This document shows positions 1 through 11,748 of a DNA stretch of 64,000 bases, piece after piece. The DNA is from Nymphaea colorata (Eukaryota), in contig NC_045138.2 in the NCBI RefSeq assembly GCF_008831285.2, positions 23,250,001 to 23,314,000 on the forward strand, read 5' to 3'. Every line of letters begins with the position of its first letter. The stretch's first letter is position 1. A program made the translations under genes and the position numbers. The notes beneath the pieces are model-generated. The model made no database searches and had not been told where the DNA came from. It saw nothing but the letters and a program-made list of their open reading frames with translations.

Positions 1-2927
1 GTCCGACTTTCTTGCATATAATTTGAAATTCGTAGTGCAGTTCCTGGTCCCTGAATTGAAAGCCCTTTTTGACAAGACCCCAGACGAGTTCGACACGTTT
101 CAAGATGTGCTCAATCTTTACGAAGGAGGCATCAAGCTGCCAGATTCCCCTGCTCTTAAAAAAGTTAAGGACATGATTCCATTGGAGATGATCAAGGAGC
201 TTGTTCGCAGTGACGGGGAACAGCTCCTCAAGTTCCCCGTGCCTCAAGTGATTCAACGTAGGAAAATTAAACTCAACACGCTAAGTTTAATTTATGGATG
301 TTCCTCCCTTTGAATTTCGTGGTTTCTCATAATTTCACTACATTGTTGGACATATAGATGACAAGAGCGCATGGAGGACAGATGAAGAGTTCGCAAGAGA
401 GATGCTTGCCGGAGTTAATCCTGTTGTCATTCGTGGCCTTGCGGTAAATGATTTGTGTTCAATCCTAGAATAAGTGGTTAAATGGCAAAAGGTATATTTT
501 GTGAGTGTTTCATGAATCTCACTTAAAATGTTTGCGTAGATTTGTAAAACGCTTGTTCTACTGCTCCATCAATCTACTCAATCTTTGAAATATATTCATG
601 ACAGACTCATTAGTGCTCACGCTACCAAGTAATCAGTGTCCAGTCAATAAGAATTTATGTATTACTTGTATCTTCACGCTGTTTCAATGGCATTTCTAGT
701 ATAGGATACGTGAGATCTCCTTTAGTATCTAATAAATTAATAAATATTACCAACTTTTATTGGTGTTTTCGTGGATTTGGAAACAAATTCATTTCCGTTT
801 CGGTTTTGGTTTTGGTTTTGTTCATCCAGGAATTCCCTCCAACAAGCAAGCTTGATCCAGCAATTTATGGCCCGCAAAAGAGCACGATAACAGCAGAACA
901 CATAGAGAAGTTCCTGCAAGGCTTGACAGTTCATGAGGTATTACAGAAACTTTTTTTTTTGGTACATGTATTACAGAAACTTTAGATTCCACTTCATTAA
1001 GCTTAACTGTTCATGAACTACCTAGTCACCATATTCATCATGGCACAATAAGACCTTATGCTAATGGAACCTATGCTTAGCCTCTTGATAAGTTTTTGCT
1101 GCTATGGAGAAGAACATCTATACTTTATTATCATGCACAAGACTTCTCAACATAGTTAATCACTTCATTCTTCATGAGAAAACACAGGGACTAGGCTAAC
1201 GCAGTTTCATTATGTTTTTGTTTCATTAGGCCTTGAAGAAGCACAGGCTCTTCATCCTGGATCACTATGAGGCGATCATGCCTTATGTTAACCGAATCAA
1301 CACCACAGGCAACAAGATCTATGCTTCAAGGACGCTGCTCTTCCTCAAGAATGATGGCACGTTGACACCCTTGGCGATTGAGCTTTGCTTGCCAAACCAA
1401 GAAGGTCAAGACCATGGCGCAGACAGGAAGGTCTATACTCCAGCAGATGACGGGGTTCAAGGCTCTCTATGGCAACTTGCAAAAGCATATGCTGCTGTTG
1501 ATGATTCTGGCTACCATCATTTGATAAGTCATTGGTAATTGACTTAGTTCGTCCTTGAATGTTTTTGCATGTTTTGATAGCTTCTCCAAACTGCCAACAC
1601 GCATGCATGGCCACATGCACACATATATTTGCCTTCAAGCAAATGTCACATGAAACAACTGAAATAAAATGCAGGCTGAACACACATGCAACGATGGAGC
1701 CATTTGTGATTGCAACCAATAGGCAATTGAGTGTGATGCATCCGATCTACAAGCTGCTGCAGCCTCATTTCCGGGACACCATGAACATCAACGCGCTTGC
1801 GAGACAGATCCTCATCAATGCCGGCGGCTTTCTCGAGCAGACCGTCTTCCCCGCCAGATATGCCATGGAGATGTCTGCTGTGGTTTACAAGAGCTGGAAC
1901 TTCACAGAGCAGGGCCTCCCTGCTGATCTTCTCAAAAGGTATGAATAAGAGAAATAGACAATGGGATTAGATGCATTTAGAGATTTGTTCTATATGTAAC
2001 CGCAAGAGGTTACTTGATAATAAGAATAATTTGTAATTATTTTATGAATATATCTTGAAGTAAATTCATGGAAACAGTTACAAACAACTTTCCTTGCCAA
2101 ATGAGTACTAAAAGAAGTGAGTATAATACTTTCTCATATTCTCTTGTTTGTGCAGAGGAATCGCCGTGCAAGATTCAAGTAGGCCTCAGGGTCTCCGCCT
2201 ATTGATCGAGGACTACCCATATGCAGTGGACGGCCTGGAAATATGGTTTGCAATCCGGGACTGGGTCCATGACTACTGTTCCATCTACTACAAATCAGAC
2301 CATGCCATCCAGTCCGATACAGAGCTCCAGGCATGGTGGCATGAGGTCCGATACGTTGGACATGGTGACAAAAAGCACGAACCCTGGTGGCCTAAGATGC
2401 AAAACCTACATGAGCTCGTCGAGTCATTGACCACCATCATCTGGGTCGCATCGGCTCTCCATGCTGCGGTCAACTTTGGCCAATACCCATATGACGGGTT
2501 CCTCCTGAGCCGACCAACATTGAGTCGGCGGTTCATGCCCGAGCCCGGGACGAAGGAGCATGCCGAGTTGGAAAAGGACCCTGACTCGGTCTTCTTGAAG
2601 ACCATCACTGCCCAGCTGCAAACTCTGCTTGGGATCTCAGTGATTGAGGTCTTGTCTAGGCATTCGTCGGACGAGGTCTACCTTGGCCAGAACATTGACA
2701 AGGAGTGGAGCGGTGAGGAGGAGGCGATGGCCGCCTTCCGCCGGTTTGGGGACCGGCTCGTGCATATTGAGAACCAGATAATGCAGATGAATGGTGAATC
2801 GGATAAGTGGAAGAACCGGAACGGACCGGTACGCGTTCCCTACACCCTCTTATATCCAAACACATCTGATTTATCAGGGGTTGGAGGATTGACTGGAAAA
2901 GGGATCCCCAACAGTGTCTCCATTTAG
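1..2927 (+). CDS. LOX5: Linoleate 9-lipoxygenase, LOX5-like, copy A (5'-partial; exons 4-9)
   Basis: Exons <1-257, 358-443, 830-937, 1230-1534, 1675-1938, 2156-2927(TAG), all GT-AG, with sizes 86/108/305/264/772 identical to copies B and C. Motifs: [33 protein letters not shown]-terminal IPNSVSI. TV motif (EQTVFP) of 9-LOX; Ala at the Coffa site (INALAR). Confidence 0.95.
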
Positions 2928-3034
2928 AGAATGCATCCAATTCTACGCTTTTTGGAGTGTAATTTGGTTAAAGGTTATGTGTCCCCTAAAAACAAGGTTC
3001 ATGGGTTCTTGAATTTATGAATGTATTATTTTGT

Positions 3035-3040
3035 AATAAA
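3035..3040 (+). terminator. Putative polyadenylation signal of LOX copy A
   Basis: AATAAA about 110 nt after the stop. Also present at the homologous position after B (19151-19156) and C (55943-55948). Plant poly(A) signals are degenerate. Confidence 0.4.
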
Positions 3041-3544
3041 GGAGGGCACAGAGAAGCGAAGAATTCTGCAGAAAGTTATGCATTCTCTTGTGTTATTGAT
3101 GTGTCCTCCGAATTCAAGTGGCCATTGTATTTTGGGTTTTCTTTGTCTTCAATAAATCGATCAATTCCACGATTTGTGCACCAAAACCATGTTGGGCTGT
3201 AAAATTTGCAGTCCATTACAAGGACGTGCTGGGAGAAATAGTGGTTTTAGTTTTGGGATTTGGATTTTATATATATACTATGAAATCCAACAAAAGAAAG
3301 AATTTATAACTAAATTATATATATATATATAGAACAAGGGACGGAGACACACTAAAACAATATATGTATTAGATATACATGCAACACATTTGGCTTAATT
3401 AAAGTGCTTCTTTGTGCCAGGAGTAGGGATGCCGATATATCCAATAGAATATGAAAAAAAAGTTAGTATCCGCTCCAATTTACTTTTACACAAATATTCT
3501 ACATCTAATGCTCTTATATTTTGAAAATAAAATTAAAAATAAAA

Positions 3545-5810
3545 TATGGATTATAGATTTTGACTGGATAATGGATAAATGAAGACCTGGAATCCAAAGT
3601 CCAGAAAGATTGAACACTAGATTTCATATTAAGTGGAGTATTCATTAGACAAGCCATTCAGTGTTCAAATTTGAAATAATTATAGCAAAAATGGATGGAA
3701 AATAGTTAGGTAGTGGTAGGCAAATATTTGGAAAATTGTTAGGAAACAGTTGGAATATGATCAGAAATTATCGAAAAGTAACTAAAAAATAAATAAAGAA
3801 CGATTACAAAATGAGTTGAAACAAGGGACTTTCAATGATTAAAATTTAAAATGTACAAATTGAAAAATTTGTTCCACAGAGAATCGGGTATTTTGATTTG
3901 GTGTAGGTTCTATCTACTTGTTTTTATTAAAAGTATGATTTAATTTTAATAATCGTTTAATAAAAATACATAATATTTATTATTTTGATTAATATTGTCT
4001 AGAATCGTTGGTTGTGAATGTGATTGGATCTTTAGTTTATCTTGAGAAAGTTTGGTAGCTGTTCCTTATGAATCTATGATCATTTTGAAAAGGTTGATAA
4101 TTTGACTTTGTGGTTATTTTTGAGAAAATGGATAACTGGGTTTCGTCTTTTTGGGCAATTTTGAAAAAAGGCTGTTTGGATTGTTGACACCATTTTCAAA
4201 TAGTGGTTTGGTTGAGTATCCTAAAAAGAATTTGACCTGACTTGTTTGCTACTTGATGGTTAGATATTCTTGGATCACTTTAAAATGATTGAGATAATTC
4301 TGACGCACTGCTAACCCTTGATTTTGAATATTCTGCCTAAAAGCTTGTTTTAAAAATAAAATGATGATTTGTGAAATAGTAAGCATGAAGTTAATAAAAA
4401 GGGTATTCAATAATGCCTTGTAATTGATTTTCTGATAAGCATAGGCTGGATATCAATTTTCTTAACTAAATATAATGATTAAACATAATCTGAATTGAGG
4501 TAGATGGACAAAAATTAACTTAGGCATTTATAATAGTTGAAATCATATGTCTAGGTGTTGTACCTCTAAAAAAGGAGCACTGATATGCAAGTTGAAGCAT
4601 AGTGGGGATATCATATTGAAACATTGAAAGTAGGTATCTTTGGGTGGATAAGGGGAACCGTGGATGTTTATGCTATTTCTTTGTTGGGTATTAGGATGAA
4701 ATAATTCTCTTGTTTACCCAACAAAGTATATAATTACAAGGTCGAGCTGAGAATGTTTGGCAATAGTTTTGGTTTCATTTGCACAAGTTCGTTTAGTATG
4801 TTTTGATTTTTGAAGCCATAGCCCTTTCAACAATGGGATGGACTCAATCCATTCATCCCTCAAGGTTTTCTTCCCATAAGAGTTTTGGAGATAAGGGAGT
4901 AGGCCATGGTAGTTCAATTCAACCTACTTTTCTTAGGGAGGGTTATGTGGGCCAGGGAGAAAACCCAAATGGATATGCAGAGTGGTGGATATGGAAGGTC
5001 ATCACCAGGGAGGGAAAGTTGTGTGCATCGTGCACAATATGCAGTAAAGTAGGGAAGGACATTTTAGTAATGTGTTAAAGAGAAATCTCTTCTATAGTCT
5101 TTTTACTTTACTGTATGGTGCATATAACCAGGTTCGATTACCAGGAGGGCATAGCGATGCGATTCTGGGCGAGAGAGACATCCAATATTGAGAATGAAGA
5201 TGCAAGCAACCTTCTTCCCTTAGATGTGCAGGTGGTGAACAAGAGGGCCTGAATTTACTTACCAGAGGAACGTTACAAACCTATGGCTTCACTGTTTTGG
5301 TATGCAGCAAATCGACCATTTTATGGGTCTAACCTACCAGGTGCGTATTGACTATTCGTTCACTTTTTTAATTGAGTTACTTAAGGTAGCGAAAGTTTGG
5401 CACCACTAGGATCAAATCTCTGATCAAATACCAACATGATCGGGTCTGTAGGAGCTTTTGAAGCTCCAACGCTGAACAAAAGTGTCGCTACTATCATCTA
5501 CACAAAGCAAAATCGTCGACTCATATGATCAATGGGATACAAAATTGTTGCCGCTACCACCGACACGGTAATATTCATCGAGCTGAATCAGCAACCAGAC
5601 CTTCGCCGACGCCATTTGAGACATGTTTTTCACATCGGAGCCACTGATTTTCGATGCAAAAGCAGGCTCAGTGTTAGGTTCACTTCTTTCCAAAGAGAAA
5701 TCCTCACGTGGATTTTGCAAGGATCGAGACTATAGCTCCCGCTGGCAAACTTCAAGATTTGTTTGGATGCAGTAAAGTATTTGTTTTTTTTATCTTTTTT
5801 TTAGAGCCGC
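3545..5810. repeat. Duplicated intergenic segment (part of the tandem duplication unit), homologous to 21975-24374
   Basis: Colinear near-identity from 'atggattatagattttgactggataatgga' to 'tagagccg' in both places. Confidence 0.9.
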
Positions 5811-6657
5811 CCTAACTCATTTTGATCTTCCTACTCCGTATCTTCTAACCAACAAAAAGGAAAGAATAATTGATAGAAAGATTCCTCTTACAACTATTTA
5901 ACTGGAGTAGCTTAGGTAACATGAGCCAAATATAATTTTTCAAAACTTTTATGTAGGATAAATGTATTTTTTAAATTTACGTGAATTTTTTTTTTTTTTA
6001 ATTGAGGGAGGTAGGCCAGATCTCTCCCGTTGGATCCGCCCCTGTCCACAGGGCTCAATTTGGATGACAGGCCCTCTACCTAGCCACATCAGTCTAAGCT
6101 CAACATCAAAAGGTAGAAGGAGAAAATATATTTCATATCAAATATGTTTTCAAGTTCAATAAAAAATATGTAATATATTTCCTACTTTTTCTTCGGCCGG
6201 CCATCCGACTTTTAGGAAGTCTTTTTATTTGTTTTTTTCATAGATTCAATAATGATGTGCTTCGTATCATGTCTAGATTCAAAATATGGTGAGAATTTAA
6301 CATATTGTCTGGTGTAAATATGATGTACTTTAACTACACACACAGACAAAGAGATGTGAACATTGCGCTAAGAAATATAAGGATTATAAGCACCAATATA
6401 GGCCGCCTTGGGGATTGAATTTGAAATGTGGCTGCCCATATGAAGTGCTAGGGTTGCAGTTAGAGAGCTATAATCCTCGTGAAAAGAAATTGGGTCGTGT
6501 TTGATTTCAGATCAACGGTGATGTAAGATCACCACAGATTTTAGATCACGGTTTTGAGGTCTGATTCAACACGTCCATTGGATCTCAAATCTACGTCTCG
6601 TGAATTTGAGATCCAACTTCGAGATTTCAGCTATTGTGGATTTTTTATCCTCTCGGG

Positions 6658-7515
6658 TAAGCCTTGGGCACCAGGTTGGGCCGCCGCCAGGTACTCAGTA
6701 CCTAGCCCGACTCAAGCCCGAGCCCGGGCCCTGAAATAGTGACTATTGGGCTTATTTTAACGGGCCCGGCCCGGCCCGATAATTAACGGGCCCAGCTCGG
6801 GCCTGCGACTGTGATCGTCGGGGGCCCGATAAGCCTCAAAAAAAATTTAAAAATATATTTTATGAGAATTATCAACATTTGTCCGGTCGCAACACTTGGA
6901 AAATTATCAAAATTCACCAACAACTTCGATTACTCTGAAAATTGGACAGGAGCTAGATGTCGGGGTAAGGATTGGATGCCCTTCGTTTGAGCTCTAGATC
7001 AGCACCAAGGAGGAATCGCGTGCAGATTTCTGCTCCATTGCGTCTGACTGTTTTTCTGCTCCATTGCGTCTGACTGTTTTTCTTGAAGACTGTTCTTCAG
7101 GTTCCTCGACAGATTTGGTGATTTTAGCCAATATAGTAGAACAAATCACCAGATATCAATCGGAACCCAATTTATGTACAAAATTGGGGAAACGGTGCCG
7201 AGGCCGCGATTTGATCTTGAGCGCCGCCAAATTCCACCCATTTCCGTTTTGCTCCGATCAACTGGGCAGATGAACACCTATTGCACTCAAACTTCTCCAG
7301 ATTGCTCGTGTGGATGTTACGAGGATAACAAGCTGGTATGATTGCTCAGATTCTGTCCACGGCGCTGACAACGATCTTTCTGAGAGAGAGAACTGTGATC
7401 GTCAGGCCGAGCCTCGGGCATAAACTGAAGCCCGAGACCCGATATTACATGGGCCTGGCCCGGCCCATTTAGAAATGGGCCGGCCTCGGACTGGCCCGTT
7501 TCTAATGCCGGCTTC
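6658..7515. mobile_element. Non-autonomous hAT-like element with GGCCCG-rich subterminal repeats
   Basis: The start 'taagccttgggcaccaggttgggccgcc' resembles the start of the 49869 element; both ends are GGCCCG-rich; homology with the C upstream region breaks here. Right boundary is approximate. Confidence 0.6.
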
Positions 7516-8321
7516 AATTTTTACATTTTTATCTGTGGTGTTTGTCCTTCATTTTCTTTTCTCTCCTCTCATCCTCTTTATTGTGTGCTCCTTTTCTCTT
7601 CTCTCTCTATAAAAATCTTGCCTGGCTGAACAATATTTGCGACATTTTCTTTCATCTTGGAAAAACATATTTCTTTCTGGTTGATTGTCAAGTATTCTGA
7701 CATAAATCTTCCATCTATGCAGTCAGTTTTATGAAAAACACTCATATATATATATATATGAATTTTATATATTTGGTTTTGTTTCCCCTCAAGGAATGTG
7801 TCTTGAAACTTATGTCGATACAAAGTGGAAAAAAGATGCAACATACTCCAACTAGGTCCTGCTCAAGAATCTATAGGCGCGAGGAACTTTTATTTTTGTT
7901 CAAATGTATATTTGTTAGGTGCACGCACACCCTATACACCAAATCAATCTCGGAATAGTACGAGACGTTTTAAATTGGAATCGATACGGAGAAGCTTCGT
8001 CAGCAGTACCACCTCTCAGTGAACTCGGACAGAAACATCGGAGACAGAGAGAGAGTAATGTCTGAACTCAGAGAAAAAGAGGGGAAAAGCAAAAGCTCCT
8101 TGACCATTTAAGGCCTGAATTCTCAGAAGGCGAGAGAGAGACAGAGAGAGGGATCCTTTGCCAAGAAGTAAGGCCTGAATTCTCAGAAGGCGAGAGAGAG
8201 AGAGAGAGAGTGACAAAGAGAGGGATCCTTTTCCAAGAAGGAGTTGAAGATTTCTCCTCTTGTGGTTACGAGGCAGCCGATCTGGGGAAGTAATCTCCGA
8301 TCAGCTCTCCGTTGCTAGCTG

Positions 8322-8329
8322 TATTTAAA
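8322..8329 (+). promoter_or_regulatory. TATA-like box upstream of LOX copy B
   Basis: TATTTAAA, conserved upstream of copy C (45505-45512); starts only 32 and 26 nt before the first ATG. Confidence 0.35.
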
Positions 8330-8353
8330 GGACCTCGACGCGGCGGCGGGAAG

Positions 8354-11300
8354 ATGGGGTACAGCAAACAACAAGAGCAGGCAAGCACTTCATCCATAGC
8401 CAACCACATAGGGACGGCGTCGGAGACGGAAAAGGCTTCCTGCCTTTCGTTTCTAGGCGCCGGATTGCAGGCGGTGTGCTGCGGAGGGAGCAAGAGTAAG
8501 AAGAAGAAGGAGACGAAGATGGGGAATATCAGAGTGGAGGCAGTGGTGGTGCTGCAGATGAAGAACGTGCTCGATTTCAACGACTTCCACGCGTCGTTGC
8601 ACGACGGGTTCAAGGAACTGCTGGGCCACCGCGTCTCCCTCCAGCTCGTCAGCGCCGTCCAGGCCGATCCCGGTGAGCTCTTCCCTCCCCTTCTTCTTCC
8701 TTCCTCTAAATTTCCTCTCCCGTCTCTGTTCATTTCTATGCCTCATCTTTTCGCCCTTCCGTCTCTTTAAGCAATTCTTTCATTTCATTTCTTATAGCCT
8801 TTTGCCTCGCGTCTGGGATCATTTTCGTTCTTCTTTGCTTTTACTGTTCCCGCGTTTCCTTCTCCGTCTTAAACTCTGTTGGCCTTTGCTTTCACTTCTG
8901 CGTTCTGCTCGTCTTCCTCATTTACAGTTATGTAAATGGGGCATGGAGGACCGATTTTTCAGAGAGAAAGAGAGAGAGATAGAAAGAACATCTATATGAC
9001 ACCGGTCGTCTGCAGTTGGTGTTTTCCTCTAGATAAACTATTTTCTGGTCTCTTAGACTTCAGATATTTACTCCTTTTTACAGAGAGGAAGGGAGAGAGT
9101 GAAGGGGCTGTGGATGAATGGCAGACATGGATGCTGGTGCATGTGAATTATATGAAGTGCATTAAGCAGTCATAAATGCTGGCTTCCTCATTTGCCAGTT
9201 CATGGCGGCCACATAATTTTCTTTTCTCTCTCCCTCTGTTTCTCCACTTTGCGGTGTACACAATGCATTTCAAAGGCCAGCCTGATGCCCACTTTAGGAA
9301 AATCATTCCTGCTTGTCTTTTCGTTATCGGAACTTTCTTCCATGGCATTCGAAGGGGCGCTCAGGATCTATCTTGACTCCTCCTGAGCCGATGATGTGCG
9401 CCTCCTCTGCCCTTTCACAACTCCATCCTCACACCTCCTCTGCCCTTTCACAACTCCATCCTCGCACCATCCACTAGTAAGTAGCAGTCGCGAACAAGAC
9501 GACACACCTTTTAACATCCAACGGCCGGACCAGCTGTGCTAGATACCTTGTAGGATTCATGAAACAGAGACAACCCAAGTTCCATAGAAACGAAGAAAAC
9601 TTGGAATATAAGAGAACCTCTCTTAATTTTCTTTTTCATTGAGTTTAGGTTTGAATTTGCATAAAAAGGTGTATTCATGTCTAAGGTCCGATTGAGAAAA
9701 AAAAGAAGTTTACCTTAAACCCATCGTTTTCAACTCGTTATTTTAACGTATTTACCATTTTTTTAATATTCATTCTCATGGGGCAGCATTATTGGTGTTG
9801 AGTTTAGGTGTTTTGAAGATTAGGGGGAAGATGATATTATTGGTGATGTGTGATTGGCTATTTATGACAGTAGGTCATTCAGTGGTCCCTTTTCATTAGA
9901 AAATTGATCATGACGGCATTGATACGATACGACCCTGACCGAACCAGATGGTCCAGACCCTATTGAGATTGGTAATTTTCCCTTTTGTGAAGGGCAATTA
10001 TGTCTTTTAAAGAAGATTTTCCATTTTGTCCTTGTAAGGTATTAAAGTGGTTGTTAATTTGATAATTGTCCTTTGGACAGCAAAAAGTAAATGCACAATT
10101 CAAAGCAGCCCTGAGCTTCAGCCTTTACAGTATATTTACCCCCACCTCCTCTCCCTAATTTTGTCCTTCCGATGATTGAAGTTCTTACTTTTATATGTGT
10201 ATAACTAATATTTTTTCAATAAATTGAACGAAAATTAAGGGCCTAATGAGGGCCTTTTGTTTGCATAAACCTAGAAGTAGTGAGTAGATGTGCAAATTAT
10301 CTTTTGTTTGCCTATTTTGATTGCCAAATTCATTCATCACTTTTTCTATGGCTTGTTTTAACCACTATTGGTAGCTTTTTGTTTGTCTGAGGGTTAGCAA
10401 AGTAGACGCTTCTTTTGCTTGGAGAATGCTTATGCAGCAACCTGTTTCCTTTATTTTTGAAAAATCTAAAGTTGTTTATGTAATTCAATTACAAGAAGTT
10501 GGACCTTTAGAGAGACTAATTCATGCTTCACAGAAACCTCTAGATAAACATCTTGAGGGGACAAAGGTGCAGGGGCGGAGCCAGGATTTTTTTTAAGGTC
10601 GGGTCAAGACGATTTGCGGGCCAAGTCAGGGTCGGGCCAAGAGAAGCAACAACGAGGAGCAACCGGTCGGGCCAAACTAAAAAAATTTGATTTTTTCAAT
10701 ATAAAAAAAAAAATTTGTCGAGCGGCCCCCTCCCTCCGCCCCTGCAAAGGTGTTGAGTAAAAGGTTCGGACCTGTATGGGTCTTCTCCGCTCATCCAAAA
10801 ACAATTAAAGAAAAAATTGTCGTCGATAAATATGAAGTGAAGATCAATGTATCAGTGACACTGACGCTCGGGGATGCATTTGATCAAGAATATATTATTT
10901 AAGAAGTTTAAGCAGAGAAGATGAGAGGAATCTCATTGATTTGAAAAAATTTTTAGTGAATGGACAAGCGTGTTGGCCTCTGAATCATATAGTTGGCTGA
11001 CCCGACGGAAAACTTGGCCACGTGTCAAGGTTGGTTCGGCCAGCTCCTGACTCATCCTGACTCACCCCTATCATGACATGACTCGGCGTGACTCTGCATT
11101 GACTCGTCTTGACTCATCCGATTCAGGTTATTTTTAAACCCACTCGATTGAGTCGACCTGGTGGCCCGGTCATCAGCCGATTTGAGTTCGAATCACGGTT
11201 TGGCGACTATGCTTCTAAATACGCTTTTAAAAAAAAGAACTTCTTGTGTTTTTATTCTCCATGTTTGCTCAATTTATTACTTCAAAGTTGGTGAAAAGAA

Positions 11301-11673
11301 AGCCCGTCCATGGGGAGGGGGAAAAATGAGAAGGAAGACCATATTCCTCGAAGTTTCATGGCCGGCTTTTCAAGCCCGTCCATGGGGATAAATTAGCTTT
11401 GGTGTTTGGGTGGCTTGTCAAAAGCTCATTGTGCCCGAAAAAAATATGAGAGGCGAGGATAAAAATATGAGAGGCCAGGATTTTTAGGCCCTTCGTTAAG
11501 ATTGAGTTTTGTCAAAACTGGGCTTTTGAGAGTCCTTTTGAGATTACCCAAACATACACAAAAGTGAATTTTGGAACCAAAACACTGTTTTGCCTCCAAA
11601 ACCCAGTTTTGGGCTGTCATTCAAACAGCCCTTAAGGCTTGTAAGAAACAGGTAGAACCACTCTTCACACACA

Positions 11674-11748
<75 letters not shown>

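Larger units (their letters stand above)
5920..8353. repeat. Upstream/promoter segment of copy B, homologous to ~43520-45530 upstream of copy C
   Basis: Shared blocks such as 'caaaacttttatgtaggataaat', 'gagctataatcctcgtgaaaagaaattggg' and 'gtaatctccgatcagctctccgttg', interrupted by copy-specific insertions. Confidence 0.85.

Noticed and set aside
2134..2940. Antisense and alternative-frame ORFs over LOX exon 9, recurring at 18261-18992 and 55129-55848
   Set aside because: Shadows of the GC-richer coding exon; they recur only because the gene is duplicated.
5132..5340. Exon-like segment bounded by AG/GT (FDYQEGIAMRFW...GSNLP), with a homolog near 23726-23879
   Set aside because: Contains a stop codon, the second copy has an internal deletion, and I cannot recognise the peptide; unsupported as a gene fragment without a search.
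8354..8371. N-myristoylation at Met-Gly starts (MGYSKQ / MGHIKQ)
   Set aside because: Lacks the usual Ser/Thr at position 6 and has bulky residues at position 3; not supportable.
8266..8746. 155-aa and 97-aa minus-strand ORFs over exon 1 (also 45464-45893)
   Set aside because: Antisense to LOX exon 1, with no recognisable motif.
9148..9386. Small ORFs in intron 1 conserved between B and C (46283-46526)
   Set aside because: Conservation is explained by recent duplication; the ORF ends differ between copies.
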